From the NCBI GenBank assembly GCA_938015445.1, contig CALLPE010000011.1, forward strand, positions 29,438 to 93,437: 64,000 nucleotides of DNA, written 5' to 3'. Position 1 is the first letter of the stretch; each line of letters starts with the position of its first letter. This DNA comes from an uncultured Pirellulales bacterium (GTDB lineage: Bacteria; Planctomycetota; Planctomycetia; Pirellulales; Thermoguttaceae). The translations under genes and the position numbers were made by a program. Below the pieces are notes generated by a model, which made no database searches, was not told the DNA's origin, and saw nothing but the letters and a program-made list of their open reading frames with translations. Positions 19,330-29,843 of the stretch are shown here, piece by piece.

Positions 19330-19389
19330 GATTGCAACCAGTCACTCGATTGCAATCACTCCATTGCAATCGGTCGGTGGATTGCAATC
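19330..19389. promoter_or_regulatory. Array of four copies of the 10-bp palindrome GATTGCAATC (one copy GATTGCAACC, one CATTGCAATC) upstream of lysA.
   Basis: Copies at 19330, 19348, 19362 and 19380 (spacings 18/14/18) within an approximately 18-bp degenerate tandem repeat. Located 60-120 nt upstream of the lysA start. Confidence 0.5.
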
Positions 19390-19449
19390 GGTCAGTGGTG
19401 CCTGATATGGCCGATGCGCTTCCGGCCGGCCCCAGTTGGCGTGTCGCCA

Positions 19450-20718
19450 ATGGATGATAAGTTCGCTCTGATCCGCACGCACGTTGCCGGACTGCCGGCG
19501 CTGGAACTGGCCCGGCAGTTCGGCACGCCCGTGTTCGTCTATGACGCCGCGGTCATTCTCCAACGTCTGTCCGACCTGCGGCAGTTCGACGTGGTGCGCT
19601 ACGCGCAAAAGGCCTGTTCCAGTCTGGCTGTGCTCGACCTGCTGCGCCGCCATGGTGCGCTAGTGGATGCCGTCAGCGCCGGAGAAGTGCTGCGTGCGCT
19701 GGCGGCCGGCTATCAACCGACCGGCGATCCGCCGCCGATCGTGTACACCGCCGACATCTTCGACCGCCACGCACTAGAGCTGTGCTGCCAGCAGCAGATT
19801 CACGTTAATTGCGGCTCGCTGGATATGATCGAGCAGTTCGGTCGGCAATCGCCGGGCGGCCATATCACCGTGCGGATCAACCCTGGCTTCGGCCACGGTC
19901 ACAGCCGCAAGACCAACACCGGCGGCCCGCATTCCAAGCACGGTATCTGGCACGAGCAGATCGCCGAGTCGCTTCAACTGGCAGCAAAACACCGGCTGAC
20001 GATAACCGGTGTGCACATGCACATCGGTTCGGGCACCGACCTGGAACATCTGGCCCAGGTTTGCGGGGCGATGGAACAGGCCGCCGGGCAGATCGGCCCG
20101 CAGGTGTACACCATCAGCGCCGGCGGCGGTTTGCCCATCCCGTACCGCCAGGACCAGCAGTATGTCGATTTGGGCGCGTACTTCCAACTATGGGACGCCA
20201 CCCGGCAGCGGTTGGAGCAACGCTGGGGACACCCGGTGCGTCTGGAGATCGAGCCGGGCCGGTATATCGTGGCCGAGAGCGGTTGGCTGCTGGCCGAGAT
20301 TCGCGCAGTCAAGCGGCAGGCCGACAACATCTTCTACCTGTTGGATGCCGGCTTCAACAATCTGGCCCGGCCAATCCTATACGGGGCGTATCACCCAATG
20401 GCAATCGTCCCGGCCGACGGCAACACCTCGCGCAAGATGCAAGAGGTGATCGTGGGGGGACCGCTGTGCGAATCGGGCGACATCTTCACCCAGGAGGAAG
20501 GCGGTTTCGTTACGCGCCGCCTGCTGCCACAGGCAGGGGTGGGCGATTTGCTGGCCATCGGCTGCGCGGGCGCTTATGGTTTTGTGATGGGCTCCAACTA
20601 CAATTCCAAGCCGCTGGCGGCCGAAGTGATGGTGTACAACGGCCGAGCGGAACTGATTCGCCGCCGACAAAGCTTCGATGAAATGATCATCGGCGAAACT
20701 ATACCCCGTTGGGACTGA
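19450..20718 (+). CDS. lysA: Diaminopimelate decarboxylase (PLP-dependent, Orn/DAP/Arg decarboxylase fold).
   Basis: 'GTPVFVYD', 'RYAQKACSSLAVLDLL', 'GSGTD', 'EPGRYIVAESGWLLAEI', 'GGPLCESGD'. The ATG at 19450 (MDDKFALIRT) is preferred over the one at 19414. Confidence 0.9.
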   Translation: MDDKFALIRTHVAGLPALELARQFGTPVFVYDAAVILQRLSDLRQFDVVRYAQKACSSLAVLDLLRRHGALVDAVSAGEVLRALAAGYQPTGDPPPIVYTADIFDRHALELCCQQQIHVNCGSLDMIEQFGRQSPGGHITVRINPGFGHGHSRKTNTGGPHSKHGIWHEQIAESLQLAAKHRLTITGVHMHIGSGTDLEHLAQVCGAMEQAAGQIGPQVYTISAGGGLPIPYRQDQQYVDLGAYFQLWDATRQRLEQRWGHPVRLEIEPGRYIVAESGWLLAEIRAVKRQADNIFYLLDAGFNNLARPILYGAYHPMAIVPADGNTSRKMQEVIVGGPLCESGDIFTQEEGGFVTRRLLPQAGVGDLLAIGCAGAYGFVMGSNYNSKPLAAEVMVYNGRAELIRRRQSFDEMIIGETIPRWD

Positions 20719-21042
20719 CGCAACCGCGCCGGAACCGCAGCGGCTCATACCTTTTTGCCTCGTTTACCGCCCGAGATTTTTGCACTTCACCCACTGGCCG
20801 ATTACTACTGAAGTTATCGAGCCATCGTGCCTTGGGTGGCGGAAGTCTTTTATCCGCACAGGGGCGCAGGAGAGGCATTGCGCTATCGGTTTGCAAGATG
20901 TTCGCGCGCTGGGGCGATTGGGGCCGTGCTGCAATTTGCCGCAGACGGTCGTTCCTTGTCACCTCAAGGGTGTTGTTGTCGCTATTGCAAAGGTGCTAGA
21001 CGATTGATTGCCAGTAGAATTCGCAAAGTTTTCTCTCAGTTG

Positions 21043-22287
21043 ATGCTCACAGCGGCCTGTGGGGCGTACATCGTCGCCTCGGCGCTGTGCGCAACGCCCG
21101 AGAAAGGCAGGCCGATGTCGTATGCAGAAGTGCGCGATTTGTTGTCCCGGCACACGCGGATAATCGAGTTGAGCGATTCTCGAGGCGGCCGGGTGTGCAT
21201 TTGCCCGCACTGGCAAGGCCGGGTGATGACCTCGACTTGTAGCGGTCCGGACGGCCCGAGCTTCGGCTTCGTCAACCGGCGGTTCATCGAGGCCGGTAAA
21301 CCCGACGCCCGGCTGAACAACTACGGCGGCGAGGAACGCATGTGGCTGTCGCCCGAAGGAGGACAATTCAGCCTGTGGTTCAAACCCGGCGCGAAGCAGA
21401 CCTTGGACAACTGGTACACGCCGCCCGCATTGAACCAGGGCGCTTGGTCGGTCGAGGAGTCGTCGGCGCGGATGTGCCGCATGGCCGCCGAGATGAAGCT
21501 GCAAAACGCGTCGGCCACCGAGTTCCGGCTGGAAGTCCAGCGCACCGTGCAGATGCTTTCCCCAGCAGAGCTGGAAAAGCTCTTGGGCGAGCAAGTTGGG
21601 CGGTTACTGGCCGGCGGCGATGTCAACATGGTGGCTTACCAGACGGTCAACCGCATCATCAACCGCGGCCAGCCCATGACCCGCGAAAAAGGCCTGCTTT
21701 CCATCTGGATACTAGGGATGTTCAACGCCGGGCCGCAGACGGTGGTCATCATCCCCTACCGGCCAGGCGATCAGTCGCAGCTTGGCCCGCCGGTCAAGAG
21801 CGACTACTTCGGTGCCGTGCCGGCGGAGCGATTGCGGGTGCTGCCGGAGGTGGTGCTTTTCCGGGCCGACGGAAAATATCGTTCAAAAATCGGCGTTTCG
21901 CAGCGCCGCGCGCGCAATGTGCTCGGGTCCATCGATTTTGAATCCGGCGTACTCACGCTGGTACACTTCACCATGCCGCCCGACCCCACCCAGCACCTTT
22001 ATATGAACAACATGTGGCAATTGCCTCAGCCGGAACCTTACGTGGGCGACGTGGCCAACAGCTATAACGACGGTCCGAATGAACTGGGCGAGCAATTGGG
22101 CGCTTTTTACGAGATCGAGTCCCTTTCGCCGGCAGCAGAGCTAGCGTCTGGAGAACACCTGGAACACACCCATCGCACCCTGCACGTGCAGGCCCCGCAC
22201 CATACACTGGACCGACTGGCGCGCACAGTTTTGGGCGTGCCGCTGGAAACGGTGCGCCGCCAGATGCTGGCCGCCGAAAGCCGCTGA
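21043..22287 (+). CDS. Hypothetical, probably exported, protein. The start is uncertain (ORF opens at 20827; alternative start at 21115).
   Basis: Long ORF with coding-like composition. Hydrophobic N-terminus 'MLTAACGAYIVASALCATPE' at 21043. No recognised domain. Confidence 0.5.
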   Translation: MLTAACGAYIVASALCATPEKGRPMSYAEVRDLLSRHTRIIELSDSRGGRVCICPHWQGRVMTSTCSGPDGPSFGFVNRRFIEAGKPDARLNNYGGEERMWLSPEGGQFSLWFKPGAKQTLDNWYTPPALNQGAWSVEESSARMCRMAAEMKLQNASATEFRLEVQRTVQMLSPAELEKLLGEQVGRLLAGGDVNMVAYQTVNRIINRGQPMTREKGLLSIWILGMFNAGPQTVVIIPYRPGDQSQLGPPVKSDYFGAVPAERLRVLPEVVLFRADGKYRSKIGVSQRRARNVLGSIDFESGVLTLVHFTMPPDPTQHLYMNNMWQLPQPEPYVGDVANSYNDGPNELGEQLGAFYEIESLSPAAELASGEHLEHTHRTLHVQAPHHTLDRLARTVLGVPLETVRRQMLAAESR

Positions 22288-22464
22288 TCGCGGTGTGGGC
22301 CGGTCGGCACGGCCCACGGTGACTACCGCCGCCGATTCGATCGCCCGATTGGGTTGAAATATGCCTCTGCGCCGATTATCAAAGGATGAACCATTAACCA
22401 TGTGCATCGCACAGTTGATTGTTCACGACCCAGCACTATCAATACGCCATAGCAGGAGCACCAG

Positions 22465-23847
22465 ATGTCAAATCTTGCACGATTGTGGCTTTGGGCCGTG
22501 GCAACGCCAGTGGCAGCAACAGCGGCAATGGCCGTAGCAGCGGCGGTGTGCAGCGGCGCTGTGGGAAATGGACTGTCGGCCGCCCAGCGGCTCTCTGACG
22601 CCGGTGCGACCACGACCCAGACTGTCCCGGCGCCCAATCCGGCCAACGACTACCAGGGGCTAATCGCTTCGCCCGAGCCCGACTGGCCACAGTGGCGCGG
22701 TCCGCGACGCGACGGCATCTCGGATGAAAAAGGCTTGTTGCGTCACTGGCGCGAAGAAGGCCCGACGATGCTGTGGAAAATCGACGGGTTGGGCGTGGGC
22801 TGGTCCTCGCCAATCGTGGTCAAAGAGCGGCTGTACATCACCGGCGATGTGGGCGACGATTTGGTAATTTTCGCCTTCGACACTGCCGGCCGGTTGCAAT
22901 GGCAGACTCGCAATGGCCGCGCTTGGAAAGGGTCGTACCCAGGCGCTCGGGCGAGCTGCACCTATTCGGAAGGTAAACTCTATCACATCAACGCTCATGG
23001 CCGGCTGGTATGCCTGGATGCCGAAACCGGCCGGGAGCTTTGGGCTGTGAATGTGCTGGAGCGGTTCGAGGCGTCGAACATCACCTGGGCGATAAGCGAA
23101 TGTCTGTTGGTAGACGGCCAGCGCGTGCTGGTTACTCCCGGTGGAAAGAAGGCCCTGATGGCAGCCCTGGACAAGCACACCGGCGACACGGTGTGGACCA
23201 CGCCGCCCATCGCCCACGAAAACACTTCCTATAGCTCCCCAATTTTGTTCTCTCATGCGGGGCGCCGACTGGTCGCCCAGTGCTCGGCCGGACACGGCTT
23301 CGGCGTGGATGCCGACACGGGCAGACTGTTGTGGGCCGTGCGGCTGCGGAACCGTTACGACACGAACGTCAGCACACCGATCTATGGCGCGGGGATGGTG
23401 TACTACGTCACCCCCTACGCCGAAGAAGGACGCGCTTACCGACTGCGCGTCGAAGGCGACAAAGTAACTGCCGAGCAGGCATGGCAGTGCCCGCTGGATA
23501 CCGTCACTGGCAGCGGCGTCTTGCACGACGGCGTGCTGTATGCCGGCGGTTATCGCAAGGCCAAATGGTGGTTTGCGGTCGATTGGCGTAACGGTCAGAC
23601 TATCGCCGAGCAAAAAGAGCTGACTACCGGTGCGGCCATCTATGCCGACGGCAGGCTGTACGTGCTCGATGAGCGCGGCACGGTGGGACTGTTGCGTCCG
23701 GCAGCCGAGGGCCTCACGCTGGCCGGTCGTTTCCGCTTGTTCGACAAGCGCGCCAGCGACGCCTGGGCGCATCCGGTGCTGCTCGACGGCCGGCTGTACC
23801 TCCGCTACCACGACACCCTATGGTGCTACGACGTAAAGGCCCGGTGA
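22465..23847 (+). CDS. Secreted PQQ-like beta-propeller repeat protein (BamB-like).
   Basis: SD 'AGGAG', Ala-rich signal peptide, 'DWPQWRGPRRDG' followed by repeated 'G.L.A.D..TG...W' blades. Confidence 0.8.
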   Translation: MSNLARLWLWAVATPVAATAAMAVAAAVCSGAVGNGLSAAQRLSDAGATTTQTVPAPNPANDYQGLIASPEPDWPQWRGPRRDGISDEKGLLRHWREEGPTMLWKIDGLGVGWSSPIVVKERLYITGDVGDDLVIFAFDTAGRLQWQTRNGRAWKGSYPGARASCTYSEGKLYHINAHGRLVCLDAETGRELWAVNVLERFEASNITWAISECLLVDGQRVLVTPGGKKALMAALDKHTGDTVWTTPPIAHENTSYSSPILFSHAGRRLVAQCSAGHGFGVDADTGRLLWAVRLRNRYDTNVSTPIYGAGMVYYVTPYAEEGRAYRLRVEGDKVTAEQAWQCPLDTVTGSGVLHDGVLYAGGYRKAKWWFAVDWRNGQTIAEQKELTTGAAIYADGRLYVLDERGTVGLLRPAAEGLTLAGRFRLFDKRASDAWAHPVLLDGRLYLRYHDTLWCYDVKAR

Positions 23848-24053
23848 GCGACGGCAGCACCAGTCCAAGCAGAATTTTCGCGGACTGGGCACAGTAGCTG
23901 GAATTCTTCCCGACGCGCCACAGTAGCTGATTCGCCGCGCTGTGCGGCTGCGCAGTGGGCGCCCCAGCTTGGGAACCGAACGTGGCACTGTACGTCGGCC
24001 CGCCCACGCGCCATGCGGCACACGGGCGCAGCAAAGCTCACGCGCCCGAACCG

Positions 24054-27002
24054 TCACTTGATCACGAAGTTGACCATCCGGCCCGGCACCACGATCGCTT
24101 TGACGATGGTTTTGCCGGCCAGCAACTGGCCGATGCGGGGATCGTTTTGCGCTGCCTGCCGGTGGGTCCGCTCGTCGGCGTCGGCCGGGACGGTTATCCG
24201 CCCGCGCAGTTTCCCGTTGATTTGCACCGGCACTTCGATGGTCTGTTCGCGGATCAGCGCTTCGTCGTACTGCGGCCACGGCTCATAGGCCAGCGTGTGC
24301 GCATGACCGAGAATTTGCCACAGCTCTTCGGCAATGTGCGGCGCAAACGGCGACAACAGCAGCACGAACTGTTCCATAGCCTGTTTCGGACGCGGTTCGA
24401 CGCGCGTGAAGTAATTGGTAAACTCCATCATCCGCGCAATGGCCGTGTTGAACGCCATCTGCTCGATGTCCTCGGTCACGGCTTTGATCGTGCGGTGCAG
24501 CACCCGCAGATGTTCAGGCTCCATGGGCACATCTTGTACAGCCGGGTTGAGCTGGCTGCGCTCAGCCCGGTCGTCGACTATCATCCGCCACACGCGGCCT
24601 AAGAAGTTGTACACCCCGTTGACGCCTTCCATGCTCCACGGCTTGACGGCTTCCAGCGGTCCCATGAACATCTCGTACAGCCGCAGGGCGTCGGCCCCGT
24701 ATTCGGCAACCACCTGGTCGGGATTGACCACGTTGCCCCGGCTCTTAGACATTTTGTACGCCCGGGCATCGATACGGATTTCCGGCCGCCCCTTCAGCAC
24801 GAAACACTCCCCTTGCTTTTCCACCTGATCGGGCCGCAGCGCGACCGTCCGCACTTCTTCCCCCGAATCGGCCAGCGCGTAGCGCGCCTCGCCCACCTCT
24901 TCCACTTCGGCAGCCGAGACCCACTGGCCGTCGGCACGCTGGTAGCCGGTGAACTCCAATTCTCCCAGGATCATTCCCTGGTTCACCAATTTCATAAACG
25001 GCTCTGGCGTGCTCACGTAGCCGCGGTCGTAGAGCACCTTGTGCCAGAAGCGGGCGTAAAGCAGATGCAATACGGCGTGCTCCGCGCCGCCCACATACAA
25101 ATCGACCGGCATCCACGCGCGCTCCACTTGCGGATCGACCATCGCCCGGTCGTTCTTCGGATCCAGGAACCGCAAGTAGTACCAGCAGGAACCGGCCCAT
25201 TGCGGCATGGTGTTGGTTTCGCGTTTGTACCGTTTGCCATTGCGGGTAAGGTAGAGCCACTCGGGCGGGGCCTTTTCCAGCGGCGGTTCGGGGTTGTCGT
25301 GCTTGGCGTCGAAGACCATGTTCTCCGGCAAGTCCAGCGGCAACTCGTCGGGGGTCAGAGCTTCGATGCGTCCGGTGGGCCGGCCCTCTGCGTCCAGTTC
25401 GTGCAGGATCGGAAACGGCTCGCCCCAAAAGTGCTGCCGGCTGAATAGCCAATCGCGCAGCTTGTAGTTAACCGCACCACGTCCCAACCCGGCGGCGCTC
25501 AGATCGGCAGTGATGCGCTGCTTGAACTCGGCGGTGGGCAGCCCGTTGTATCGCCCGGAGTTGATCGCCGTGCCGTCTTCGACAAAAGCCTCCCGGCCAG
25601 CAAGCACCGCCTGGCGATTGTCGGCCTCGGGCCCTGGATCCACGACGGCCACAATCGGCAAGTCGAACTTCACGGCGAACTCGAAATCGCGGGTGTCGTG
25701 GGCCGGCACAGCCATGATCGCCCCCGTCCCGTAGCTAATTAGCACGTAATCGGCCACCCAAATCGGGATCGCTTGATTATTGACCGGGTTGATGGCATAC
25801 GAGCCGGTGAACACCCCAGTCTTCTCCTTGGCCAGGTCGGTGCGGTCCAGGTCGCTCTTTCGGGCGGCGGCCTCGCAGTACTGGCGGACTGCGGCAGCCT
25901 GCTGCGGAGTAGTAAGGCGCCACAGCAGCGGGTGTTCCGGTGCAATGACCATGTAGGTGGCCCCGAAGAGTGTATCCGGACGCGTCGTGTACACCCGAAG
26001 TACGTCCTGCCCAGGTTTCTTTGGAAAACCGTGTTTCTTGCGGTGGGCCAACCAAGCTTCGTACTGCTGCCGGTCGGGAGTTCCCGCCGCCGGGTTGCCG
26101 GTGGTTGCTTCCTGTCCGGCGGTGCCAGCGGCTGCTGCAACTGCTGCCTCCTGCCCGTAACTACCACTGGCGCTAACGGTTGCAGCACCGATGAAGAAAT
26201 CGACCTCGGCGCCGGTGCTCCGGCCTATCCAGTTGCGTTGCAGCAGTTTGATGTTCTCGGGCCAATCGAGCAGGTCCAAATCTTTCTCCAGCCGATCGGC
26301 GTAGGCCGTGATGCGCAACATCCACTGTCGCAAGGGGATACGCACGACCGGATGGCCACCACGCTCGCTCACCCCGCCAACGACTTCCTCGTTGGCCAGT
26401 ACGGTTCCCAGCGCCGGGCACCAGTTGACTGGGGCTTCCAGTTGGTAAGCCAGCCGATGTTCGTCGCGGTACCGGGCAATGGCGGCGTCGCCTTGCTGTT
26501 GTATCTCGGGGGGGATGGGCAATTCAGCGATTGGCCTGCCGCGCTGCTGCTCGGGGTCGAACCACGTGTCGAAAAGCACCAGGAATATGAACTGGGTCCA
26601 GCGAAAGTAGTCGATGTCGGTGGTTGCCAGTTCCCGGCTCCAGTCGTAAGAAAAACCCAGCATCTTCAACTGCCGGCGGAAGTTAGCGATGTTTTGCTCG
26701 GTGGTGATGCGCGGATGGGTACCGGTCTTCTTGGCATGTTGTTCGGCGGGCAGGCCGAAAGCGTCCCAGCCCATCGGATGCATCACGCATTTACCCCTCA
26801 TGCGGCTGTAACGACAAACGATATCGGTGGCAGTGTACCCCTCCGGATGCCCCACGTGCAGCCCGTCCCCGCTTGGATATGGGAACATGTCCAAAACATA
26901 CAATTTGGGTCCTGTAGGCAATCTGGGAGTACGGAAAGTCCCGCTCTCTTCCCAGTAACGCTGCCATTTGGGTTCGATTATCGCCGGGTTGTACCGTGGC
27001 AT
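24054..27002 (-). CDS. leuS: Leucyl-tRNA synthetase with lineage-specific insertions (982 aa).
   Basis: '[16 protein letters not shown]' (HIGH), '[13 protein letters not shown]' (KMSKS) and class-I LeuS architecture. Confidence 0.95.
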   Translation of the reverse strand: MPRYNPAIIEPKWQRYWEESGTFRTPRLPTGPKLYVLDMFPYPSGDGLHVGHPEGYTATDIVCRYSRMRGKCVMHPMGWDAFGLPAEQHAKKTGTHPRITTEQNIANFRRQLKMLGFSYDWSRELATTDIDYFRWTQFIFLVLFDTWFDPEQQRGRPIAELPIPPEIQQQGDAAIARYRDEHRLAYQLEAPVNWCPALGTVLANEEVVGGVSERGGHPVVRIPLRQWMLRITAYADRLEKDLDLLDWPENIKLLQRNWIGRSTGAEVDFFIGAATVSASGSYGQEAAVAAAAGTAGQEATTGNPAAGTPDRQQYEAWLAHRKKHGFPKKPGQDVLRVYTTRPDTLFGATYMVIAPEHPLLWRLTTPQQAAAVRQYCEAAARKSDLDRTDLAKEKTGVFTGSYAINPVNNQAIPIWVADYVLISYGTGAIMAVPAHDTRDFEFAVKFDLPIVAVVDPGPEADNRQAVLAGREAFVEDGTAINSGRYNGLPTAEFKQRITADLSAAGLGRGAVNYKLRDWLFSRQHFWGEPFPILHELDAEGRPTGRIEALTPDELPLDLPENMVFDAKHDNPEPPLEKAPPEWLYLTRNGKRYKRETNTMPQWAGSCWYYLRFLDPKNDRAMVDPQVERAWMPVDLYVGGAEHAVLHLLYARFWHKVLYDRGYVSTPEPFMKLVNQGMILGELEFTGYQRADGQWVSAAEVEEVGEARYALADSGEEVRTVALRPDQVEKQGECFVLKGRPEIRIDARAYKMSKSRGNVVNPDQVVAEYGADALRLYEMFMGPLEAVKPWSMEGVNGVYNFLGRVWRMIVDDRAERSQLNPAVQDVPMEPEHLRVLHRTIKAVTEDIEQMAFNTAIARMMEFTNYFTRVEPRPKQAMEQFVLLLSPFAPHIAEELWQILGHAHTLAYEPWPQYDEALIREQTIEVPVQINGKLRGRITVPADADERTHRQAAQNDPRIGQLLAGKTIVKAIVVPGRMVNFVIK

Positions 27003-27358
27003 ATTGCATCCTCAGCAGAGTTGAACTGACCGACCCGCATTATCATCCAAAATTATTATCCAGAGCTGCGCAGCACTGATGGACTAGCTGCCGCCCCGAG
27101 GTCAAAAAGAACCCCTGCCGCGCGAAAACGCTGTATAGCAGCCAACTGGCGACAAACTGCTCGACACAGCATACAGCTCGCCACTTCGTCGGTCCGCTTA
27201 GTCCGCCAAGCTCGCGCAGACCGCCACTTGGCCAGCGCACACCACTACTTGGCCCAGGAAAAATAGCGATTTTAGCGATTTTCGCACTCCGGGGCAAAGC
27301 CAACTGCACTTGAGCAGGCCGCAATTTTTCGTTACAAGTCGGCACTCTTTTCTCCGAG

Positions 27359-27384
27359 GCGGCGCTTCCTATTTGAAGCGCCGC
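27359..27384. promoter_or_regulatory. Perfect 10-bp-stem hairpin GCGGCGCTTC-ctattt-GAAGCGCCGC in the leuS/SH3-gene divergent intergenic region.
   Basis: Inverted repeat read directly. No flanking T-run on either strand, so it is not a canonical terminator. Confidence 0.4.
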
Positions 27385-27548
27385 TACAGGAAAAGACCAA
27401 AGAAGGCTTGCGCAATTCCGCATAGGATTTGCCTGTCCGACGGGATATATCCGCAGGCACAATTGCCGCTGCGCTCGGCAAACACACTCTTCGCTCGCAT
27501 ACATTTCGCTAACTCACCGGCCAGATAATCTGTTTTTGGAGATATCCT

Positions 27549-28742
27549 ATGCCCAAGCACGCCTTAGCGGTGGCAATCTTTTCGGCCATGTCAATTACTT
27601 GCGCAGCCGCAGAGCAGTTCCCCTACAAAGCTTACATCAACACCCAGGAAGCTTACGTCCGCAGTGGACCCGGAGAGGATTACTATGCCACCGACAAACT
27701 TCGCCTCGGCGACGAGGTGGAAGTGTACCGCCACGACCCAAGCGGTTGGTGTGCAATTCGTCCTCCGGAGGGCAGCTTTTCTTGGGCGCCGGCCCGACAT
27801 CTTCAGCCGGCCGAAGACAACTTGGCGGTCGTAGTTGCCGATAGCGTTTCCGTCCGGGTGGGCAGCCGACTTAGCGATGACCGCCGCACGTCGCAAGTTC
27901 GCTTGCGCAAGGGCGAAGTGGTCGAGGTGTTGGAGCCGGCCGCGCTGTCGTCCAACGGAGTGCCGCCAGCCTGGTGCAAGATCGCGCCTCCGGCGGGCGA
28001 GTTCCGCTGGGTACACAGTTCGCAGCTTTCGCGGCACAGGCCGACAACCGCTGCACGGCTTAGCGCGGAGGCCAGCAGCGCCGCCGGCGCTGAGACCCAC
28101 CAGGCCTCGGCCGTTAGCGCGCAAGGTAATCTTCAAGCCGCTGCCAACGCAGATCGTCCATCGGCAGAAGCGAAACCGGATAGCCCATCGGCGGAAGATT
28201 TCCAGCGCGAGTTGGAGTGCATCGAGATCGAGCTATCGGTGATGGTAGTCGAGGAGCCGGCAGTGTGGAGTTTTGACGCCCTGTTGAATCGCGCCGAAAA
28301 ACTGCTGGCGCAGGCCGACAATCCGCTGGATCGCGGCCGGGCACAGGTGCTTGTAAACCGGATCAATCGCTTCGCCGATATCAAACAGCAGTACGACCGT
28401 CTGGCTGCGACGCGCGATACTCCGCCGGAGGTTCCGCAGTTGACCGCTTCTCGGGCCGTTCTGGCCGACACGCCGGGACGGCTCCGTGCCGCCGGGCGCT
28501 TCGACGCCGTGGGGTGGCTAGCCGAAATTCCCGCCCGAAAGCCAGGCGCCCCGCGATATGCTTTGCTCGACGATCAGGGCCGAGTGCGATGCTACGTCAC
28601 ACCTTCTTCCAGCGTGTCGTTGCGGGCCTATGTGGGAAAGTACGTGGGCATCAATGGAACCCGGGGATATGTGCCTGAGCAGCGGGCAGCCCATCTTATG
28701 GCCCGACAGGTAAGAGTTGTCGAAGAAAGCAACTGGCGGTAG
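27549..28742 (+). CDS. Secreted protein with two bacterial SH3b-like domains, a coiled coil and a C-terminal beta domain.
   Basis: SD 'GGAGAT', signal peptide. Repeated 'AYVRSGPGEDYYATDKLRLGDEVEV' and 'VSVRVGSRLSDDRRTSQVRLRKGEVVEV' SH3b-type motifs. Confidence 0.7.
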   Translation: MPKHALAVAIFSAMSITCAAAEQFPYKAYINTQEAYVRSGPGEDYYATDKLRLGDEVEVYRHDPSGWCAIRPPEGSFSWAPARHLQPAEDNLAVVVADSVSVRVGSRLSDDRRTSQVRLRKGEVVEVLEPAALSSNGVPPAWCKIAPPAGEFRWVHSSQLSRHRPTTAARLSAEASSAAGAETHQASAVSAQGNLQAAANADRPSAEAKPDSPSAEDFQRELECIEIELSVMVVEEPAVWSFDALLNRAEKLLAQADNPLDRGRAQVLVNRINRFADIKQQYDRLAATRDTPPEVPQLTASRAVLADTPGRLRAAGRFDAVGWLAEIPARKPGAPRYALLDDQGRVRCYVTPSSSVSLRAYVGKYVGINGTRGYVPEQRAAHLMARQVRVVEESNWR

Positions 28743-28871
28743 GGGACGGTAAAGTACAATGGCGCGAGTGCGCTGACGGGTATGGCAATGTGGGCGTCGT
28801 TGCTGTTGAGTAATGCGCGGGCAGGACGTGCCGGTCGCTGGCCCAGAACCGATCGCGGTGGCGCCACTCCG

Positions 28872-29714
28872 ATGTTGCTCCCGGCAATGTTCGTCACGGT
28901 AGTGCTGTTGGCTGCTGGATGCCGCTTGCTGCCTGCGCCGTATTTGGCCGACGCCAGTGGGCCGGTGCGCACCGTGCGGGTACTCGACGTTCAGACGGGA
29001 GCCGACATTCCCGCAGCGCGTGTCTGGGTGCAGACGGGGCTGACAAACTGGCCAGGCACACGGCAGCCCCACCTATTGCTGCTCGACCCCGACGCACCCG
29101 ACGCCAAGCAATTGTTGGAAGGCCGCCCGATCGAACCAAATCCAGACGCTAGCTTCGCGGTGTCGAAAAGGATAATCGTAGGTCTGGTGTCGTTAGGATA
29201 TGCGCGACGCAATCCGGCCACGGCGACGATTGCGGTCTGGGCACCGGGCTATCCGGTGGCGGCGCTGAAATATTGCGCCTCGCAGCCGCCCTGGCCTGGC
29301 TGGTCTGCCTCTCGCAGCCTGTCGCAGCATCGGCCCGTTGCGCGGGACGGTTATCCGGCCACCGCGTTGGAATCCGGCGAAGAGATTGCCCGTTGCTTGT
29401 GCGACGAGGATGGGCAAATGACGTTCTATCTGCGGCGACTCACACCGGAGCTGGCCGCGGCCATTCGCAATCCCGGCGCTGTTACCGTGCCGCTGGCGTC
29501 CGCATGGTCATCAGAAGCAGACCAGCCGGCAGATGTCCTTGGTGCAAAACATGCGGCCGAATACGAGGGCCATATCGTCAATGCGGAAAATGCGGCCCGA
29601 TTCAATGCGAAGCATGTGGCTGGATACGATGTGTCGCCTTGGCCGGCCGACGCGAGTTTTCCTGCCTTCGACCGTCCAAGCCACTGCCCTGCCGGCTATC
29701 CACTGGAGCGATGA
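28872..29714 (+). CDS. Hypothetical lipoprotein-like protein (ORF opens at 28782).
   Basis: 'MLLPAMFVTVVLLAAGC' signal/lipobox-like N-terminus. No domain recognised. Confidence 0.5.
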   Translation: MLLPAMFVTVVLLAAGCRLLPAPYLADASGPVRTVRVLDVQTGADIPAARVWVQTGLTNWPGTRQPHLLLLDPDAPDAKQLLEGRPIEPNPDASFAVSKRIIVGLVSLGYARRNPATATIAVWAPGYPVAALKYCASQPPWPGWSASRSLSQHRPVARDGYPATALESGEEIARCLCDEDGQMTFYLRRLTPELAAAIRNPGAVTVPLASAWSSEADQPADVLGAKHAAEYEGHIVNAENAARFNAKHVAGYDVSPWPADASFPAFDRPSHCPAGYPLER

Positions 29715-29843
29715 ACCAGCATCCGACGGAAGGTGCCGTGCGTATTTGCCAGCGGGATGGCGTGGGCCTGGTTCCCAGCGGTGCGCAGCGCCGCCGGCTG
29801 CCGAACCAAACGCCGGGCGAGAAAGCGTCGCTTCAGCCCAAGG

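Noticed and set aside
19809-20681. Alternative-frame or antisense ORFs over lysA, leuS (25773..27029), trpD (12514..13566), the PQQ gene (22660..23811) and 39342..40157.
   Set aside because: They overlap genes with unambiguous conserved-motif support. Their Arg/Pro/Gly-rich composition is typical of out-of-frame GC-rich translation.
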